IMG/VR virus record: IMGVR_UViG_3300027672_000032
Location: 1-37,300 of that record
Source: a virus
Lineage: Duplodnaviria > Caudoviricetes
Length of the DNA stretch: 37,300 nt
Reading direction: 5' to 3' (one strand)
The stretch's first letter is position 1; every line of letters starts with the position of its first letter. Position numbers and translations under genes: made by a program. The notes below the pieces were generated by a model. That model had not been told where the DNA came from. It ran no database searches and saw only the letters and a program-made list of their open reading frames with translations. Of this stretch, positions 36,401-37,300 are shown in pieces.

Positions 36401-37185
36401 GTACAGACAACAATACTAGTGGAGAGGGGGGTATGGCTCCTCCAGAGCCAGTAGAGTTTGAATTTAAAGAACCCGACACAAACTATTTTGAAATGTCCAA
36501 AGAACAGCTTCTCGCAATCGGCACAGGTAGTGAGGTAGACCCTTTTGTAAATAAAGGTATTGCTGCTTTAGGGGTAGTGTCTCCTCCACTAGGTGCAATC
36601 TTTGGTGCATTTAATAGTATAAAACAAGGTCAGACAATTGCTGAAATAAGAACAGCTGCATTGGTTGCCAAATCAAAAGGTTTTAAAGATGAAGCCGAAG
36701 CACTCAACAAACAAGCAGATAAATTAATAGGCAATGCAAACTTCCTTGTTCAAGGAGCTAACTCCTTTGGTGGCTTATCAGGCCATAACGACTTTGCACA
36801 ACAGCTTGCATCTTTCTCAGGAAAAGATGTGGAGGTAACGCCTGAAATGTTTGGGGACAATAAGAAATCCTACGAACGTGCTTTAGAAGCCCTTGAGGCT
36901 CGTAAGGAAGTTGCACTAAAAGAAGCTGTCGCCACCGTATCACAACCAACAGTACTTCGACCTGTGAGTGTCCAACGTACTGGTTCACGTTCCGCTGCAC
37001 AAGATGATGAATACAATCGCTCAGTGCAGGCAGCATCAGTAGCTCGTTCAGAGGCAAATCAGGGTATAGGGCCATCAACACCTGGAGGCAACACTACATC
37101 TAGTGGGTCTGAGACATACTCCTCTAAAGTAAAACGTGGTGGCGGCTTCGCTAAGGGTGGCCTAATGAAGAAGCGTAAAAAATAA
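33427..37185 (+). CDS. Multi-domain polyvalent protein with LPD23-like zincin metallopeptidase module
   Basis: TNWY...DGQWRFYIDD, H-x-ELF-x-x-YP-x-L, LLHEIQHIVQ-x-x-E-x-F-x-x-G, GEIESR. Later DDIPAQLSEGEYVVPADVV domain. Eight Phi-x-x-GG motifs. Confidence 0.8.
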   Translation: MAEVGKSTGKTTQAGREVYETPSGEMVSEKSTTFKYKGQWINVPTIHKGYAYDEDILRMMLDAEVIEPTSAHKSKTDAVKAAKERSETLKFNEGGDVSTQTEEALGWTAEGKKFADANPVEVPEEEQTSAMSIANVPFFNRPIDASESDRWTGVVDEAGNKEFRTVFGGTYFVKPDPDQRTGREKIEQDIVPVVKDYLANPTAPSKEQIINFLKESLGDAWETFSIPGNLLSGKKDLGEVTFGDVFSLTGGTATASTLGKVPGGNTSNTMRIFGGVGMKDAGTGGGFKKAQKLLKQSSKIDSDTLKEGGIDFNTNKKIWEKTNWYVDPNDGQWRFYIDDSKSTVKSFEDIFKQNKELGRLQVTLDEFKEVTSEYTEGTRTKLGEFFEHKELFKRYPTLKNLNVEFYNDPTGRESGSATKELGLVSINLANTKTTEAFRSVLLHEIQHIVQAREDFVPGSNRKNIPKALLDKKEIELDKKRKPLEDVKMRLENDLNSTERSLSRRLEEIETPIKGLTKKQEIEIFRRRTQVSGSSGLTGPSWASIGRDYGVSSGQVQKAWARQNGVSNFTKEIAELNKEILKTTRRMLEIDKETLGADLEFYFGAGGEIESRVVQSMAEVGARKFPIEARAEMLQGEKTNYQYRGRDGVDPFVYQNQPRKEPDKVPFLNRLRGYVTGKQDFTQEFAQGGVVNEMDKQMNLFARGGLGDDGMTRDPVSGNEIPPGSMAEEVRDDIPAQLSEGEYVVPADVVRFFGVKYFEDLRSEAKMGLSNMEANGRIGGEPVEPQMAQAGDPSEITDEDLAQLEQMLSTGVANGGLMDKLVFAAKNDQVINQRLNAGGVVVGYAGGGQVSAPTASYADPNRVDAVINQVMAAIQQKPELLQELSKRGIQVSRTNPNMQPQQMDQANPPQEATSSFAEGGYSSSAPGLPSWATTLGGSYMQPAGSVLPPVPAVAPVVGTAPPAASTGPSSVAESCAAMGMDFDPITGTCVLKSTDNNTSGEGGMAPPEPVEFEFKEPDTNYFEMSKEQLLAIGTGSEVDPFVNKGIAALGVVSPPLGAIFGAFNSIKQGQTIAEIRTAALVAKSKGFKDEAEALNKQADKLIGNANFLVQGANSFGGLSGHNDFAQQLASFSGKDVEVTPEMFGDNKKSYERALEALEARKEVALKEAVATVSQPTVLRPVSVQRTGSRSAAQDDEYNRSVQAASVARSEANQGIGPSTPGGNTTSSGSETYSSKVKRGGGFAKGGLMKKRKK

Positions 37186-37250
37186 TAACTAATTACTACA
37201 ACGATAAGGCGACCTAGCAATAATGCTAGCCCCAACATAAGGAAGTAAAG

Positions 37251-37300
37251 ATGCCAGAAGCAGATACAATTGAATCACCAAAGTCAGCAGGTTTTGTAGA
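37251..37300 (+). CDS. Start of next gene (possibly capsid scaffold), 3'-truncated
   Basis: AAGGA RBS, MPEADTIESPKSAGFV..., preceded by hairpin CTAGCA-ATAA-TGCTAG (37214-37229). Product inferred from position only. Confidence 0.6.
   Translation, partial: MPEADTIESPKSAGFV

Noticed and set aside
835-37081. Numerous antisense or nested ORFs (for example 3453-3995, 8030-8362, 19791-20135, 31428-31817)
   Set aside because: They shadow well-supported genes on the opposite strand or frame, with no RBS or motifs.
1-37300. Stop-codon reassignment suggested by a phage tRNA
   Set aside because: The anticodon is UCU (Arg), not a suppressor, and all core genes are intact in the standard code.

Overview
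This window is about 37 kb of a T7-like marine podovirus genome, most likely infecting an alphaproteobacterium (Roseobacter group; inferred). It is read across the probable genome ends. Two arms are visible. The minus-strand arm (6246-23423) carries early genes, tRNA-Arg(UCU), a tyrosine integrase, ThyX, primase-helicase, family A DNA polymerase, SSB, nucleases, MazG, class II RNR, glutaredoxin and PhoH. The plus-strand arm (25249-37300, and 1-6249) carries lysis genes, small basic proteins, a DUF1127 protein, terminase, portal, a polyvalent LPD23-type protein and internal virion proteins. From recall, a cobavirus-like replication module with an HMO-2011-like packaging module resembles CRP-9-type roseophages; this was not verified by search. 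The most striking feature is the 1.8-kb non-coding divergent region (23424-25248). It holds six perfect alphaproteobacterial LexA (SOS) boxes, five IHF-consensus sites and three Fur-family-like palindromes within about 650 bp, next to a roughly 450-nt structured RNA candidate. Other points: a tRNA, 15-aa leader peptide and integrase cassette; twin AT-rich promoter cassettes; recurring Phi-x-x-GG motifs in late proteins; and several small ORFs missed by the ORF track.
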